Source of the DNA: Candidatus Neptunichlamydia sp.
GTDB lineage: Bacteria > Chlamydiota > Chlamydiia > Chlamydiales > Simkaniaceae
Reading direction: 5' to 3'
NCBI GenBank assembly: GCA_965233865.1
Contig: OZ247587.1
Span: 224,001 to 288,000 of the forward strand
Length of the DNA stretch: 64,000 nucleotides
In this document: positions 42,656 through 52,715 of the stretch, one piece after another
Numbering within the stretch: the stretch's first letter is position 1
Layout: each line of letters starts with the position of its first letter
Notes under the pieces: model-generated
Told to the model about the DNA's origin: nothing
Seen by the model: only the letters and a program-made list of their open reading frames with translations
The model's database searches: none
Made by a program: the position numbers and the translations under genes

Positions 42656-42955
42656 ATGAAAATGGCCAAAACAACTAAAGATGATTTAGTAGAGATGGGT
42701 GAATTAGAGGAAGGATCGCAAAAACAAGAAAGCCTTCATGAATCAGTAAAGCTTAAAAAGGTGAGAATTTCGGCTGAGATTTCTGGAGATGTTGCTGATC
42801 GGATAAAAAATGCAGTCTACTGGACACCAGGCATGACAATGGCTGGGTTTATTGAAGAGTCGTTAGCTAAGGCAATCGAAGAGCTAGAAGAGGGAAAAGG
42901 TGAAAAGTTTCCTCAAAGAGAGCGACAGCTTGTTGGTGGACGCCCAATGATTTGA
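42656..42955 (+). CDS. Plasmid-type small DNA-binding protein (possible ribbon-helix-helix)
   Basis: VRISAEISGDVADRIKNAVYWTPGMTMAGFIEESL strand-helix-helix pattern. Confidence 0.5.
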   Translation: MKMAKTTKDDLVEMGELEEGSQKQESLHESVKLKKVRISAEISGDVADRIKNAVYWTPGMTMAGFIEESLAKAIEELEEGKGEKFPQRERQLVGGRPMI

Positions 42956-43130
42956 TGTTCCTAAAATATTAAACGCCAGTTTCTTGCAGAAATTCAAGAG
43001 TTTAAAGAAACCTTTTTAAGGCGTTAAAATTTTAACTTTAATACAACTGAAAATAGGTTGTAAATATATAGCTAAAAGCTCATCGTAGCTTACGAAAACA
43101 ATTTCATTAATTACTAACAAGAAGTAGAGT

Positions 43131-43358
43131 ATGTCAATCGGAGGCCTAACAACAGGGATTGTTAATTGGTTTTCTAATATTTATAATAGGCAGCCATTAG
43201 AAGATTCTCAGACTGAAAAAAAAATATCTCCTTCTCAATCAGCTCCTTTACCTGATAAACAGATCGAGAAGTTGCGAGAAGACGCAATCGATAGTCTCAT
43301 GAAGGAAAGAGCCTTATCTCGAGAAGTGGCTGAATCACAAATTGATGCTCTTTCATAA
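43131..43358 (+). CDS. Small hypothetical protein
   Basis: 75-aa ORF ending near a terminator hairpin. Confidence 0.45.
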   Translation: MSIGGLTTGIVNWFSNIYNRQPLEDSQTEKKISPSQSAPLPDKQIEKLREDAIDSLMKERALSREVAESQIDALS

Positions 43359-43377
43359 GAGATTAAGAAAAATTAAA

Positions 43378-43421
43378 TAAAAAAGGGGTATTCCCTCACA
43401 GCAAGGAATACCCGGTTTTTT
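43378..43421. terminator. Bidirectional intrinsic terminator
   Basis: A-run, GGGTATTCC...GGAATACCC stem, T-run, between convergent genes. Confidence 0.7.
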
Positions 43422-43422
43422 A

Positions 43423-44136
43423 TCAGCTACCTTGCTGAATCGCTTGAGCTTCTTTGTAGCTTCCTGATGCTGGAAGTCTTTCAATTGAACTTTCTACGTC
43501 TCGGACAAGTTCTTCTGGTGGAGTTCTTGTTGAGTGTTTCATAAAGATAACATCTGGTTCACCATCTCGATCATAGTTCCAATCTTCCGGAGCAAAATCT
43601 CTATTAAACGATGTTTTGGAAACAGGCTCGAAACCGTTTCGTGCATATAGCTTTGGTAAAAATCCATTGAAGCAATCTAATCTGTTACCACCATTTTCCA
43701 AAGCTTTTGGTATTAAAAACTTATCAACCACACCTCTAACTTTACAGCTGGGGTGTTTGAATACGGAAACAATATCTCCATCTTTCACAGCCAAACCCGC
43801 AACGCCTTTTTCTGATCCGTCATTTAGCAGGAAAATTTTCATCTTAGAGTATTCTGCTGCTGGGTATGCATGTACGAATGCCCCATGCTGTTTTGAATTT
43901 TTAGTGAGGTAAGCTTTATTAAGCCCTTCATTTACAATGTTATGTGTTTTTGCTGCTGTAATAGATGCATGAAATTTCTCTCCACTAACGCTACGATCCC
44001 AATGAGGACCTTCAAGTTGTTGATATCTAGATTGATATAGTTTATATCCGACCAACCCAAGCGCTGCTGTAGTACCAATTCCTATCAACCCCGACTTAAC
44101 TGGGTTATTTCTCATATAATTAAAAATTGAATTCAT
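43423..44136 (-). CDS. Membrane-anchored protein with a GNAT-like domain of phage/polyvalent-protein type
   Basis: N-terminal TM; GDIVSVF...GGNRLDCFNGFLPKLYARNGF...APEDWNY...PDVIFM. Confidence 0.55.
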   Translation of the reverse strand: MNSIFNYMRNNPVKSGLIGIGTTAALGLVGYKLYQSRYQQLEGPHWDRSVSGEKFHASITAAKTHNIVNEGLNKAYLTKNSKQHGAFVHAYPAAEYSKMKIFLLNDGSEKGVAGLAVKDGDIVSVFKHPSCKVRGVVDKFLIPKALENGGNRLDCFNGFLPKLYARNGFEPVSKTSFNRDFAPEDWNYDRDGEPDVIFMKHSTRTPPEELVRDVESSIERLPASGSYKEAQAIQQGS

Positions 44137-44379
44137 TTTATTACCACTTATTATTATAATAAATAGTGTTACATAATATATTATATCATATTAATATTAA
44201 TTTATGAATTTTTTAAAAGAATTGTCTAAAATTCAGTGATTTATAGTTTTTATACGAAAAATAATAATTATTTGTTTAATAATAAGTAACTTATGAATAT
44301 TAAGACTTCTCTTCCGCGATCTTGATAGCTATGCTTACATCTTTTCTTCTAAAAGTTATTTGCATCGGCCTAACAATTT

Positions 44380-45381
44380 TTGAAAAACTTAAGTATCTTA
44401 AAATCAAACATTAAAAGAAGTATAAGACTCAATATTCATCAAAGCAATCTCGAGTATGAGCTAGGGTTATGGGAGTTTGTGGTTAATGTGACTAAAATCA
44501 TGCCAAATAATTTGACCAGTGACACATTAGCCCTTCATGGGTTGGACTCTAGAGCTAAAAAGATTAAAACAGAATTAAAAGATCTTCAAAGTCAGGAAGC
44601 TACAGAGGAAATTATTCAAAAAATACAAACTCTTAACACTGAATTTCAAGACGTAAAAAATGCGTATAGCGAAATAAAAAATGCAAATGAAACAGCAATA
44701 GACTTCACTACTATGGAGCTATCCAGAGATCTTACACATACAGAAAGCAGGTGGAATGCTGAAAAAAACCGCTTTGAAGGAAAAGAGTTCACCAAACCTG
44801 CGCAATGGTTTTTAGGCCCCTTCCAAGATCAAAATCGATTGGATGTTTTAGGGCCAAGCAACGAAAATAATGAGCAGGCTGCCTTAGGTAAGACAAGACA
44901 GCGTCGTTTCACCTTAGCAAGACATATAGCAAATGACTACGTCTTTATGCTGTCTACAGAGAATAAAAGCGGTTGGATCTCTCGCAAACACTATGCCCCA
45001 ATCAAAGCCGACAAGCAGCAAGCAGTTGAAATAGGATCTTTGATTTATCATTTGACTGGTGATGAAAGCCGGTTAGATTTGGTGCAAGATCAGCAGGCCC
45101 TCGGAAGGAATGCGTTCACTAGAAAAGCATCTGAAGATAGTGATTCTAGGGTAGAAGATCCAGTGGGAAATAAAGTTTTTAGAGAACCAAGAGCTGAGAA
45201 ATTTCTACTTAATGGGACGTTAAACATGAGTAGAGATGCGGCACCTTCAGAAGAGCACCTATTAGGATATAAGAGACCGTCTTCAAGTCTACCAGGAAGG
45301 AGAATGGCTTCATGTAAAGAAAGTGGGGGATCTAGGAAAAAAAGTGGCACATTCTCTTATCGCCCATTTAAAGCAGCCTAG
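44380..45381 (+). CDS. Hypothetical protein
   Basis: 333-aa ORF with an N-terminal coiled coil; start uncertain. Confidence 0.6.
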   Translation: MKNLSILKSNIKRSIRLNIHQSNLEYELGLWEFVVNVTKIMPNNLTSDTLALHGLDSRAKKIKTELKDLQSQEATEEIIQKIQTLNTEFQDVKNAYSEIKNANETAIDFTTMELSRDLTHTESRWNAEKNRFEGKEFTKPAQWFLGPFQDQNRLDVLGPSNENNEQAALGKTRQRRFTLARHIANDYVFMLSTENKSGWISRKHYAPIKADKQQAVEIGSLIYHLTGDESRLDLVQDQQALGRNAFTRKASEDSDSRVEDPVGNKVFREPRAEKFLLNGTLNMSRDAAPSEEHLLGYKRPSSSLPGRRMASCKESGGSRKKSGTFSYRPFKAA

Positions 45382-45579
45382 GTAAATCTCTTGACCGCCC
45401 TCCATGCTAGATGACGGGCCATCGTTTTAGGGGAATATTCTTAACAGATGGAGTAACGTCCAAGAAGAGTCATCCTAAAAAGGAAATGAGATTTTTAAGA
45501 ATGTTTCGAATAATTTCAAGAAAAATCTAGCTTTATTGGGGGTTGAAGGCCTACCTGCGTGGAAACGAGCTCTAAGGAC

Positions 45580-45789
45580 CTAGATTTTTTCAGCAGCTTT
45601 TTCTCTCCATTTTTTGGAGATGAAAATTTTCTTAAAGGCGGGTTTTTTCTGGTATCCTTTTTTAACAGAGATGCGTTTCCCCTCCAAAAATTGCCCATTG
45701 AGTTTCTCTATCACCATTTGAGCCTCTTCTTCAGAAACTGTCACAAACCCAAACCCTCGTGAAACACCCTCAGACTGGATGATCTTCAC
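45580..45789 (-). pseudogene. RRM RNA-binding protein lacking its N-terminal half
   Basis: RNP1 motif SRGFGFV...AQMVIEKLNGQFLEGKRISV; no RNP2. Confidence 0.65.
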
Positions 45790-45819
45790 TAGATCCTCCT
45801 ACAATTCTAATACATTAAC

Positions 45820-46269
45820 TTAATCTTCAAACAAATTCAGCTGCAAACACTCCCTTTTAGGAAGCGTTAAGACCTTTTTAGCGAGCTCGTGTTTGATTGG
45901 TTCTTCAATTTGACCCCGTACCCCAACCTCCTTAAAAACAATCGAAGGGACAAGCCTTGGTTTGATCCCAGCCTTTTTGTTTGAATGGATCCTAAAGGGA
46001 GGTTTTAAAAAGATCTTCCCTTCATGATCAATCCGAAAAATCCCAATATTTCTTCTATTATCTCTAGGTGCTCCTCTTGGAATTTCCGGAGGTCTATGAG
46101 TGAAAGGATCTGGTGAAGGAGGAGGCTCTGGTGATCTTAAAATAGAGGGTAGTTTCGGCAAGCTCATTGGAGAACGATCCGCGGTTGTTTTCTTCGAAGA
46201 TGAGGCTGTATCAACAGATTTAACATTAAAAAAATTGTCGGATGAACTACTGGTTACTGGTGATGTCAT
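45820..46269 (-). CDS. Ser/Pro-rich hypothetical protein (effector-like N-terminus)
   Basis: MTSPVTSSSSD..., PEPPPSPDP. Confidence 0.55.
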   Translation of the reverse strand: MTSPVTSSSSDNFFNVKSVDTASSSKKTTADRSPMSLPKLPSILRSPEPPPSPDPFTHRPPEIPRGAPRDNRRNIGIFRIDHEGKIFLKPPFRIHSNKKAGIKPRLVPSIVFKEVGVRGQIEEPIKHELAKKVLTLPKRECLQLNLFED

Positions 46270-46288
46270 GTTTTATTCCCTTGTTTTT

Positions 46289-46774
46289 TTAAGCTATCCT
46301 AAATCGTTTTTTCAGCCCTTTAGCTATTTTTTCAGCTTCTTCATCCCTCCCTTTGTTTGACAGATTATGTAAGCGATTAATGCGAAGAAGGTCCAGAGAA
46401 AAATAGAAGAACACTGCAGATTGTAAGATGCCGACCAATGTCAAAATCCACTGGTATGACTCCCATGCAGTAATTTTACACATGGATAACAATATAAAAA
46501 TTGGAGCGAGAATTAGCTGAATGGTTAGTAGCTTAGTGCCCTTTTTTATATAGGGGAAATAGAAGAAGCTCCATGTCAATCCCACAATAATGGAAGTACT
46601 AAATGATAGTGAAACCCATAACATTATATAGTGATCCCCCATGTTAAAAGGTTCGACGGTGAATTCCTTTTTAAAGAGAATTCTATAAATAAAATATATC
46701 ACCCCCAAAGACATATTAATTATATAAAGGCAAAGCCACCTTTTTCTGATGATTTTTTCTACTTTATCTATCAT
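46289..46774 (-). CDS. Four-TM membrane protein (immunity-like)
   Basis: Four hydrophobic segments; ATG directly after the upstream TAG. Confidence 0.75.
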   Translation of the reverse strand: MIDKVEKIIRKRWLCLYIINMSLGVIYFIYRILFKKEFTVEPFNMGDHYIMLWVSLSFSTSIIVGLTWSFFYFPYIKKGTKLLTIQLILAPIFILLSMCKITAWESYQWILTLVGILQSAVFFYFSLDLLRINRLHNLSNKGRDEEAEKIAKGLKKRFRIA

Positions 46775-47170
46775 CTAAAAATCCCTATCCCAGTTATCGC
46801 GATCATTCTCATGATCACACTCATTGCTTTCATATGCTTTTTCAGTTTCTATAGGGTTATAGAACATATCCAATCCTTTTGCTTCATTTTCTAATCGGTG
46901 TGCCTCATTTCGTTCTGCGCATCCATCTATCAAGTGATGGTGATTTTCACTGATTACTTTAACAGCATTCATTACACCGGTAGGGCTAAGGTTAACTATT
47001 ACATTAGCAGCGGCCTCTATTGGTGAGATGAAAAAATCTCTGAAGTGTTCGTTAGCCCTATCTTTATGCTCCTGAATCTTAACTTCTCGACCATTAAGAT
47101 CTCCTATCTGATTTTCTTGTTCATTATCGGAGCCTCCAGAAGGGTCGGATGTTACAGGCTCTATAGACAC
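46775..47170 (-). CDS. Small protein with ENDRDNWDRDF tail
   Basis: S/P-rich N-terminus, central amphipathic/hydrophobic hairpin, tail homologous to 31990..32322. Confidence 0.7.
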   Translation of the reverse strand: MSIEPVTSDPSGGSDNEQENQIGDLNGREVKIQEHKDRANEHFRDFFISPIEAAANVIVNLSPTGVMNAVKVISENHHHLIDGCAERNEAHRLENEAKGLDMFYNPIETEKAYESNECDHENDRDNWDRDF

Positions 47171-47307
47171 TTAATACTAACCTCTAAAATTAAAAACTAA
47201 ATTCCATTGATTATTAACTAAAGAATCATATACCTCTATCCCTTTTGAGTCAAAAACCACCTCATGCACACTATGATATATTATATAATGCTCCCCAAAA
47301 TTTAGAC

Positions 47308-49008
47308 AGCAACTCATTGCTAGTTTATTTTGCCCCTAATTTGTATGAAACGCTTTATTTGATTGCAGATGGATTGTAACCTTATCTCCGTATAGGAGTA
47401 AAAATGAGTAGAAGCAAAAAATACCAAAGCATTCCGACCTATTTGTCAGTAGAGGAATTTAATCAATTTGTCTTGCCCCATCTCACTGAAGGATCAAGAG
47501 GACCTAAGACAAAGGTGTCATTTTACCGTCTCTTCAACTACATTTTGAAGTTGATGCATACCGGGTGCCAACGGGAAGAAATTCCCATTAAAAAAGATGC
47601 ATCTGGCAAGCCGGAAATCCACCACACTCGCATATTCCGCACCTTTCAACGGTGGCATAGGGATGGCTGTTTCGAAAAGATATTTGTGGGTTCCGTTCAG
47701 CAGTTTTTTCAAAAAAAATATTGAATACCGATGTGATTCACGGAGATGGTAGCACGACAACGGCTAAAAAAGGGGCGATAATATAGGTTTCAACGGTCAC
47801 AAGCATATGAAAGGTGATAAGGTTGTCGCCCTATGTGATCGTAACTGCAATGTTATAGCACCTATGATCTTTGCGCCAGGCAACAAGAATGAGTCTCCCC
47901 TCATACGCGAAGCAATGGGCCCATTGAAGAGTATTGCAAAGGCTGTGGGGTTCAACATTAAAGGATCCACCATGAGCCTCGATGGGGTCTATGATTGCCG
48001 TAAAAACCGTAAAAAAATCTTCAATCTCTTTGGGTTTGATTCCCCGCAGCTTGCTGCGTAAAAGCTGAACAAGTATAGTTTTTTGGCATGAGTGAATATA
48101 TTCATAAAAGTCATAATGTCTCAGTTTTGATGTACCACATAGTTTGTCCGGCCAAATACAGGAAAGCGGTATTTGACAAGAGTGTTGATGAAGAAATTAA
48201 GGTCATATGCCTTGAAATTTCAAAGAGATATGAGATAAATTTTTTAGAGATCGGTGTTGATAAGGACCATGTTCACTTTCTGATACAATTAGTTCCGATG
48301 TATAGCCCCAAAAAAACTGTTCAGCTAATAAAAAGCATCACGGCAAAAGAGATTTTTTTGAGAAGGCCTGAAGTAAAGAAGATACTTTGGGGAGGGGAGT
48401 TTTGGAGTGATGGATATTTTATAAGTACCGTGGGGAAGCATGGGGACGAGGAGAAAATAGGAAACTACGTCAAAAACCAAGGAAAAAAAGACTATAAAAG
48501 GTTACATCAGCAACTGGATTTTTGGAGCTAAGCAAAACCACCTGACAGATGCCCCGTAGCTCTGCTGCGGGGAGCCTTCACTTCAGGCATGAAACCTAAC
48601 ATCAATCCCAACAAACGAAATAGGAAGAAGAGTAAGCGTGGCCGCAAACCCATGTTTAACCTCGAAGTTTTTAAAGAACGCTTCCGTACCATAGAGAGGA
48701 TTTTCGCATGGGAGGACAAGTTTAAACGGCTTCTTATACGATTCGAGAGAATTAGCTCGCATCATTATGGGATGAAGTATATCGCTTTTGCACTCATTAA
48801 CTTACGCCACTTTTGTAGTGTCTAGGCCCAAAATGAACCTACTTTCATCGAGACCAGTTTGTTTTGACAATGCACTCGCATGTCCAAAAATGGCTGTTTT
48901 CGTTCCATGCAGAGGAAGTAGGGCATTTTTTCGGCTCCAATGTGAATTTTCGACTTAGCTGCATAAATCTTCCATCTGATTTTCTGGGAAAACTAGCAAT
49001 GAGTTGCT
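47308..49008 (+). mobile_element. IS5 family element, transposase frameshifted and interrupted by IS200
   Basis: Perfect IR AGCAACTCATTGCTAGTTT; transposase pieces 47404..47724, 47807..48023, 48581..48825 (HGDG, LDGVYD, IERIFAW...RFER). Confidence 0.9.
48024..48580 (+). mobile_element. tnpA: IS200/IS605 tnpA-only element (copy B)
   Basis: 557 bp; TnpA 48088..48531 differs from copy A by one S>L change. Confidence 0.93.
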
Positions 49009-49122
49009 GGATATTGACTTCCTAACGTTCCCTTTTACATGGAAAATTTGCAATCTTGAAATTTTTATTAAATTCCTCTCAAATTTTTTATTGCGAGAGT
49101 TGCTGTGACTTGTATTTTCAAC

Positions 49123-49152
49123 TTGACACCTGCCTTATGCTTCTTATAACAT
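49123..49152 (+). promoter_or_regulatory. Sigma66/70-type promoter upstream of the leader peptide and permease
   Basis: TTGACA (49123) with TATAAC or TAACAT 16-18 nt downstream. Confidence 0.6.
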
Positions 49153-49158
49153 TGTCGT

Positions 49159-49212
49159 ATGATGAATTTCTTTTACCAATCTTATCGTCCATCCTTCCAT
49201 AATTGCTATTAG
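49159..49212 (+). CDS. Putative Phe/Tyr-rich leader peptide MMNFFYQSYRPSFHNCY
   Basis: 17 codons with 3 Phe and 3 Tyr, between the promoter and the permease. Confidence 0.5.
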   Translation: MMNFFYQSYRPSFHNCY

Positions 49213-49257
49213 AGGCAATTGCTCTCTTGTGTTCATCAAAAATTTAGGAAGGATTCT

Positions 49258-50451
49258 ATGAAAACAAATATATTAAGAGTGATCAGCGGCACTTTTCTTA
49301 TCGCTGGAACAATGATTGGGGCAGGAATGCTTGGCATTCCTCTTATCACAGGCGTTTCAGGGTTTGTTCCTGGGGTTATTGTAACCTCTATTGTATGGTT
49401 TTTTATGTATTGCACAGGACTTCTCTTTTTGGAGGTTACCCTGTGGATGCCTGATGGGAGCAATGTTCTCTCGATTGCAGGGCGTTTCTTTGGAAAATGG
49501 GGCCGTTTTTTCTCTGGAGGGATGTTCATCTTTCTCTACTACTGCTTAATGGTTGCCTATTTTGCAGCCGGAAGTCCTCTCCTTGCAGAGGCGGTTTCAT
49601 CGCTTGGACTGACAGTAAGTGGATGGCAGATGTTTGCTCTTTTTGGTTTAGTTTTTGGCACGGTGGTTGCAATTGGCCCTAGGTCTATTAATCGGGTGAA
49701 TATCATTATGAGCATTGCGATGATTGCTGCGTGGTTTACTCTGATTGGAAGTGGGGGTTCTGAAGTTGAAATGCTTCGCTTAAGCTATACAAAATGGCCT
49801 GCTATGGTGATGGCAATGCCCGTTCTTTTCAGCGCCTTCGGATTTCACAACGTGATTCCATCTCTTTGCACCTATCTGAAACGTGATAAGCGTGCACTCC
49901 GAACGGCTGTGTTTTGGGGATCTTTTTTGCCTTTGATTGTTTATATCGTGTGGCAATGGCTTATCATCGGAGCAATTCCCCAAGAAGAAATAGCAAAAAC
50001 ATTGGTAGAAGGGACTCCAATAACGGCAGCATTTTCTTCAGTGACTGGAAAAGAGAATTTTTCCCAGATTGGACGTTTTTTTGCATTTTTTGCGATTGTA
50101 ACATCCATTTTAGGAGTTGCTTTTTCGATGGTCGATTTTTTGGGAGATGGATTCAATATAGAGAGGAGGAAAGGATGGAGACGTATTGCCTTGGCACTTC
50201 TTACTTTTATTCCTCCATTTATTTTAGCCACTCTGAACCCAGGAATTTTTACAACAGCACTTGGGATAGCAGGGGGATTTGGGGAAGCCTTTCTCAACGG
50301 CCTTCTCCCAATAGGCCTTCTTTGGGTGGGAAAATATACTTGTAAACTCAAAGCTGATTTAGCCTGGCTTGAAAACAAAGGAGTTCTTTCATTTTTGATC
50401 ATCTACTCGCTCTTTGTCGTTGGGCTTGAAATCGTTCACTTAATTCGATAG
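49258..50451 (+). CDS. tyrP: Aromatic amino-acid permease (TyrP/Mtr, HAAAP family)
   Basis: LIAGTMIGAGMLGIP, FGFHNVIPS, FFAIVTSILGV, about 11 TMs; AGGAAGG RBS before ATG 49258. Confidence 0.88.
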   Translation: MKTNILRVISGTFLIAGTMIGAGMLGIPLITGVSGFVPGVIVTSIVWFFMYCTGLLFLEVTLWMPDGSNVLSIAGRFFGKWGRFFSGGMFIFLYYCLMVAYFAAGSPLLAEAVSSLGLTVSGWQMFALFGLVFGTVVAIGPRSINRVNIIMSIAMIAAWFTLIGSGGSEVEMLRLSYTKWPAMVMAMPVLFSAFGFHNVIPSLCTYLKRDKRALRTAVFWGSFLPLIVYIVWQWLIIGAIPQEEIAKTLVEGTPITAAFSSVTGKENFSQIGRFFAFFAIVTSILGVAFSMVDFLGDGFNIERRKGWRRIALALLTFIPPFILATLNPGIFTTALGIAGGFGEAFLNGLLPIGLLWVGKYTCKLKADLAWLENKGVLSFLIIYSLFVVGLEIVHLIR

Positions 50452-50918
50452 CGCGCTATCTCTTATGAGAGATGATCAAAAAAAACACTATCGATCACGA
50501 TATGACAAGGGTACTGGATTCTCATAAAGAAAGATATCCCAGGACCATGGAAACATTTGTCTTTTCCATATTTTAGGTGTTACTTTCCAATATCATAAAT
50601 AACGTATCCTCTAAGGTTTGTGTAAAAAAATGGTACTCACTTCTCGATCCCCCCTGGATGCCTCAGCCACTGAAGGGCGTGAGATAAAGCCCTTCTGTTT
50701 TGAGAAGATTTCCCCTAGAATAGGAAGCATAAATATTTAGTTTACAACTGTCTAGGAACCTATTTACGAGCATTTTATTTAAAGAAATTGTTGTCGTTAA
50801 TTGTGGTGTTAGGGAGTTGTGATTGTTCGGGAGATTTCTGTAGTTCAATCTTTGTAGAAGAAAATCTGCGCTCCATTTTACTGCTGATGTATACAAAAGG
50901 GATTCAGACATTTTCTCC

Positions 50919-51266
50919 TCATAAGGCTTTGCATTCAGAAGAAACAGCTTCCAGTGCTTCTTCGTAAGTTTCTTCACAAATTGTTTTGCGGGAATATTGT
51001 TTTTCTCCTCGAGTATAATAATCAAGAACTCCATTAGTTGCTGAAATATAATCAATTCTACCTAACGATGGACTTGATCGGTCTGGTTTGCTAATCCAAA
51101 TTCTGATTTCAACATTTTTTGCTGTAAAAGGGTAGTTGTGAAGATAAGGTCTAACCTCCTCATTACTATTGATATCAGATAAATACTCTCTAATAGCATA
51201 TACAATCAGTTCCCGCGCTGTTTGAAGGTCTACTTCTTGATAAAAATCAAAACTCATTGCCATCAT
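50919..51266 (-). pseudogene. Hypothetical protein, 5' end replaced by an IS remnant
   Basis: ARELIV...INSNEEVRPYLHNYPFT..N...ETYEEA; abuts the IS fragment at 51268. Confidence 0.55.
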
Positions 51267-51267
51267 T

Positions 51268-51523
51268 TAGCTCGCATCATTATGGGATGAAGTATATCGC
51301 TTTTGCACTCATTAACTTACGCCACTTTTGTAGTGTCTAAGCCCAAAATGAACCAACTTTCATCGAGACCAGTTTGTTTTGACAATGCACTCGCATGTCC
51401 AAAAATGGCTGTTTTCGTGCCATGCAGAGGAAGTAGAGCATTTTTTCGGCTCCAATGTGAATTTTCGACTTAGCTGCATAAATTTTCCATCTGATTTTCT
51501 GGGGAAACTAGCAATGAGTTGCT
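51268..51523 (+). mobile_element. Right-end fragment of the 47308..49008 IS5 element
   Basis: Near-identical to about 48752-49008, ending AAACTAGCAATGAGTTGCT. Confidence 0.9.
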
Positions 51524-51636
51524 AGGGTGAATTCTGTGGAGATATTCAGGAGTTTTTTTCTTTTTTTTGTGGCATTTGAATGAAAACTACTCATTTGGAG
51601 ATTCAAAATGAGGCTTAAGTGATTAAGCTTAAATAA

Positions 51637-51680
51637 TGGGGCAGGTAGGACTTGAACCTACGACCAACGGATTATGAGTC
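51637..51680 (-). repeat. 3' half of a tRNA(CAT), probable att site of an integrative island
   Basis: GACTCATAATCCGTTGGTCGTAGGTTCAAGTCCTACCTGCCCCA has the anticodon loop, T-arm and acceptor 3' strand but no D-arm or 5' strand. Confidence 0.8.
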
Positions 51681-51801
51681 TCTTTTCTCGCAATAATCCA
51701 CAACTACCCATAAAGCATAGCAGCAATAGAATTAAAAGTTTAGGGATTTTTCACAGTTGCTGAGATTTGCCGATTATTGTGCATATTTGTTCCTAAGTGT
51801 A

Positions 51802-52644
51802 GGTTGTGTTGAGAAATTTACTTTAACCATTGGAGAGCCGCGATAAAATGAAGGAATGCCTTGAACCTTGATGCTAACTTCTCGAACCGAGAAAACAATC
51901 GTCTATAATGTTTGAGGAAGCCAAATAAACATTCGATTTTGTGTCGTTCTTTATATATGTCTTTATCATGCTCTCGATGATCAATGCGATTTTTCTTTGA
52001 GGGAATGATGGCAACAGCTCCGATGCTCTTTACATGATCAATGATTGCATTGCTGTCGTAGCCTTTGTCAGCCAATAATCTTTTGTAATCCCTACCCTTG
52101 AGCAAAGGAATAGCTTGATGACAATCAGCTGCTTGACCACCTGTTAAAATAAAATCAAGTGGATTACCTAATGCATCACAGATACTATGGATTTTAGTCG
52201 TAAAACCTCCACAGGATCGACCTAAGGCCTGCTCGCTTTGACCTCCGGTTTTTTTTTATTGGCTCCTGCGGCACAGGCATGAGCGCGGAGGACTGTACTG
52301 TCGATCATAATATATTCCATGTCTGGATCATTTGAAAAATAGTAGAGCATCTTGTACCACACACCATGTTCAGCCCAGTCTGCAAAACGATGATAGACGG
52401 CATTCCAGTCTCCATATTCCTTTGGTAGCAAACGCCATTGTGCTCCGCTCTTGGCAATCCAAAATACAGCCTCTACAAAGCAACGAGTTTTCTCTTTGTT
52501 ATTTGTGTGTATTTTGGGGTAATTACTCAGATATTCGTAAAGTTTCGACCAGGCGTGGTCATTTATTTTATGCGGGTATAGCATATGGATCTCCTTCTTC
52601 AGGAAGTCAGCTTGCACCACTCATGGAAATTTCTCAACACAACC
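51802..52644 (-). mobile_element. IS5 family element (copy B), 843 bp
   Basis: Same IRs and TA flanks as 4645..5487; intact ADKGYD motif. Confidence 0.93.
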
Positions 52645-52715
52645 TAGCAAAAGTGTGGCAAAAAATTGTTTATAGGGTTCTAGGGAAAGGGGCTATTTGT
52701 GCTTGTAGGGCTGAG

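Noticed and set aside
51637..51710. Complete tRNA gene
   Set aside because: Similarity stops within the anticodon stem; no D-arm or 5' acceptor strand, so it is treated as an att fragment.
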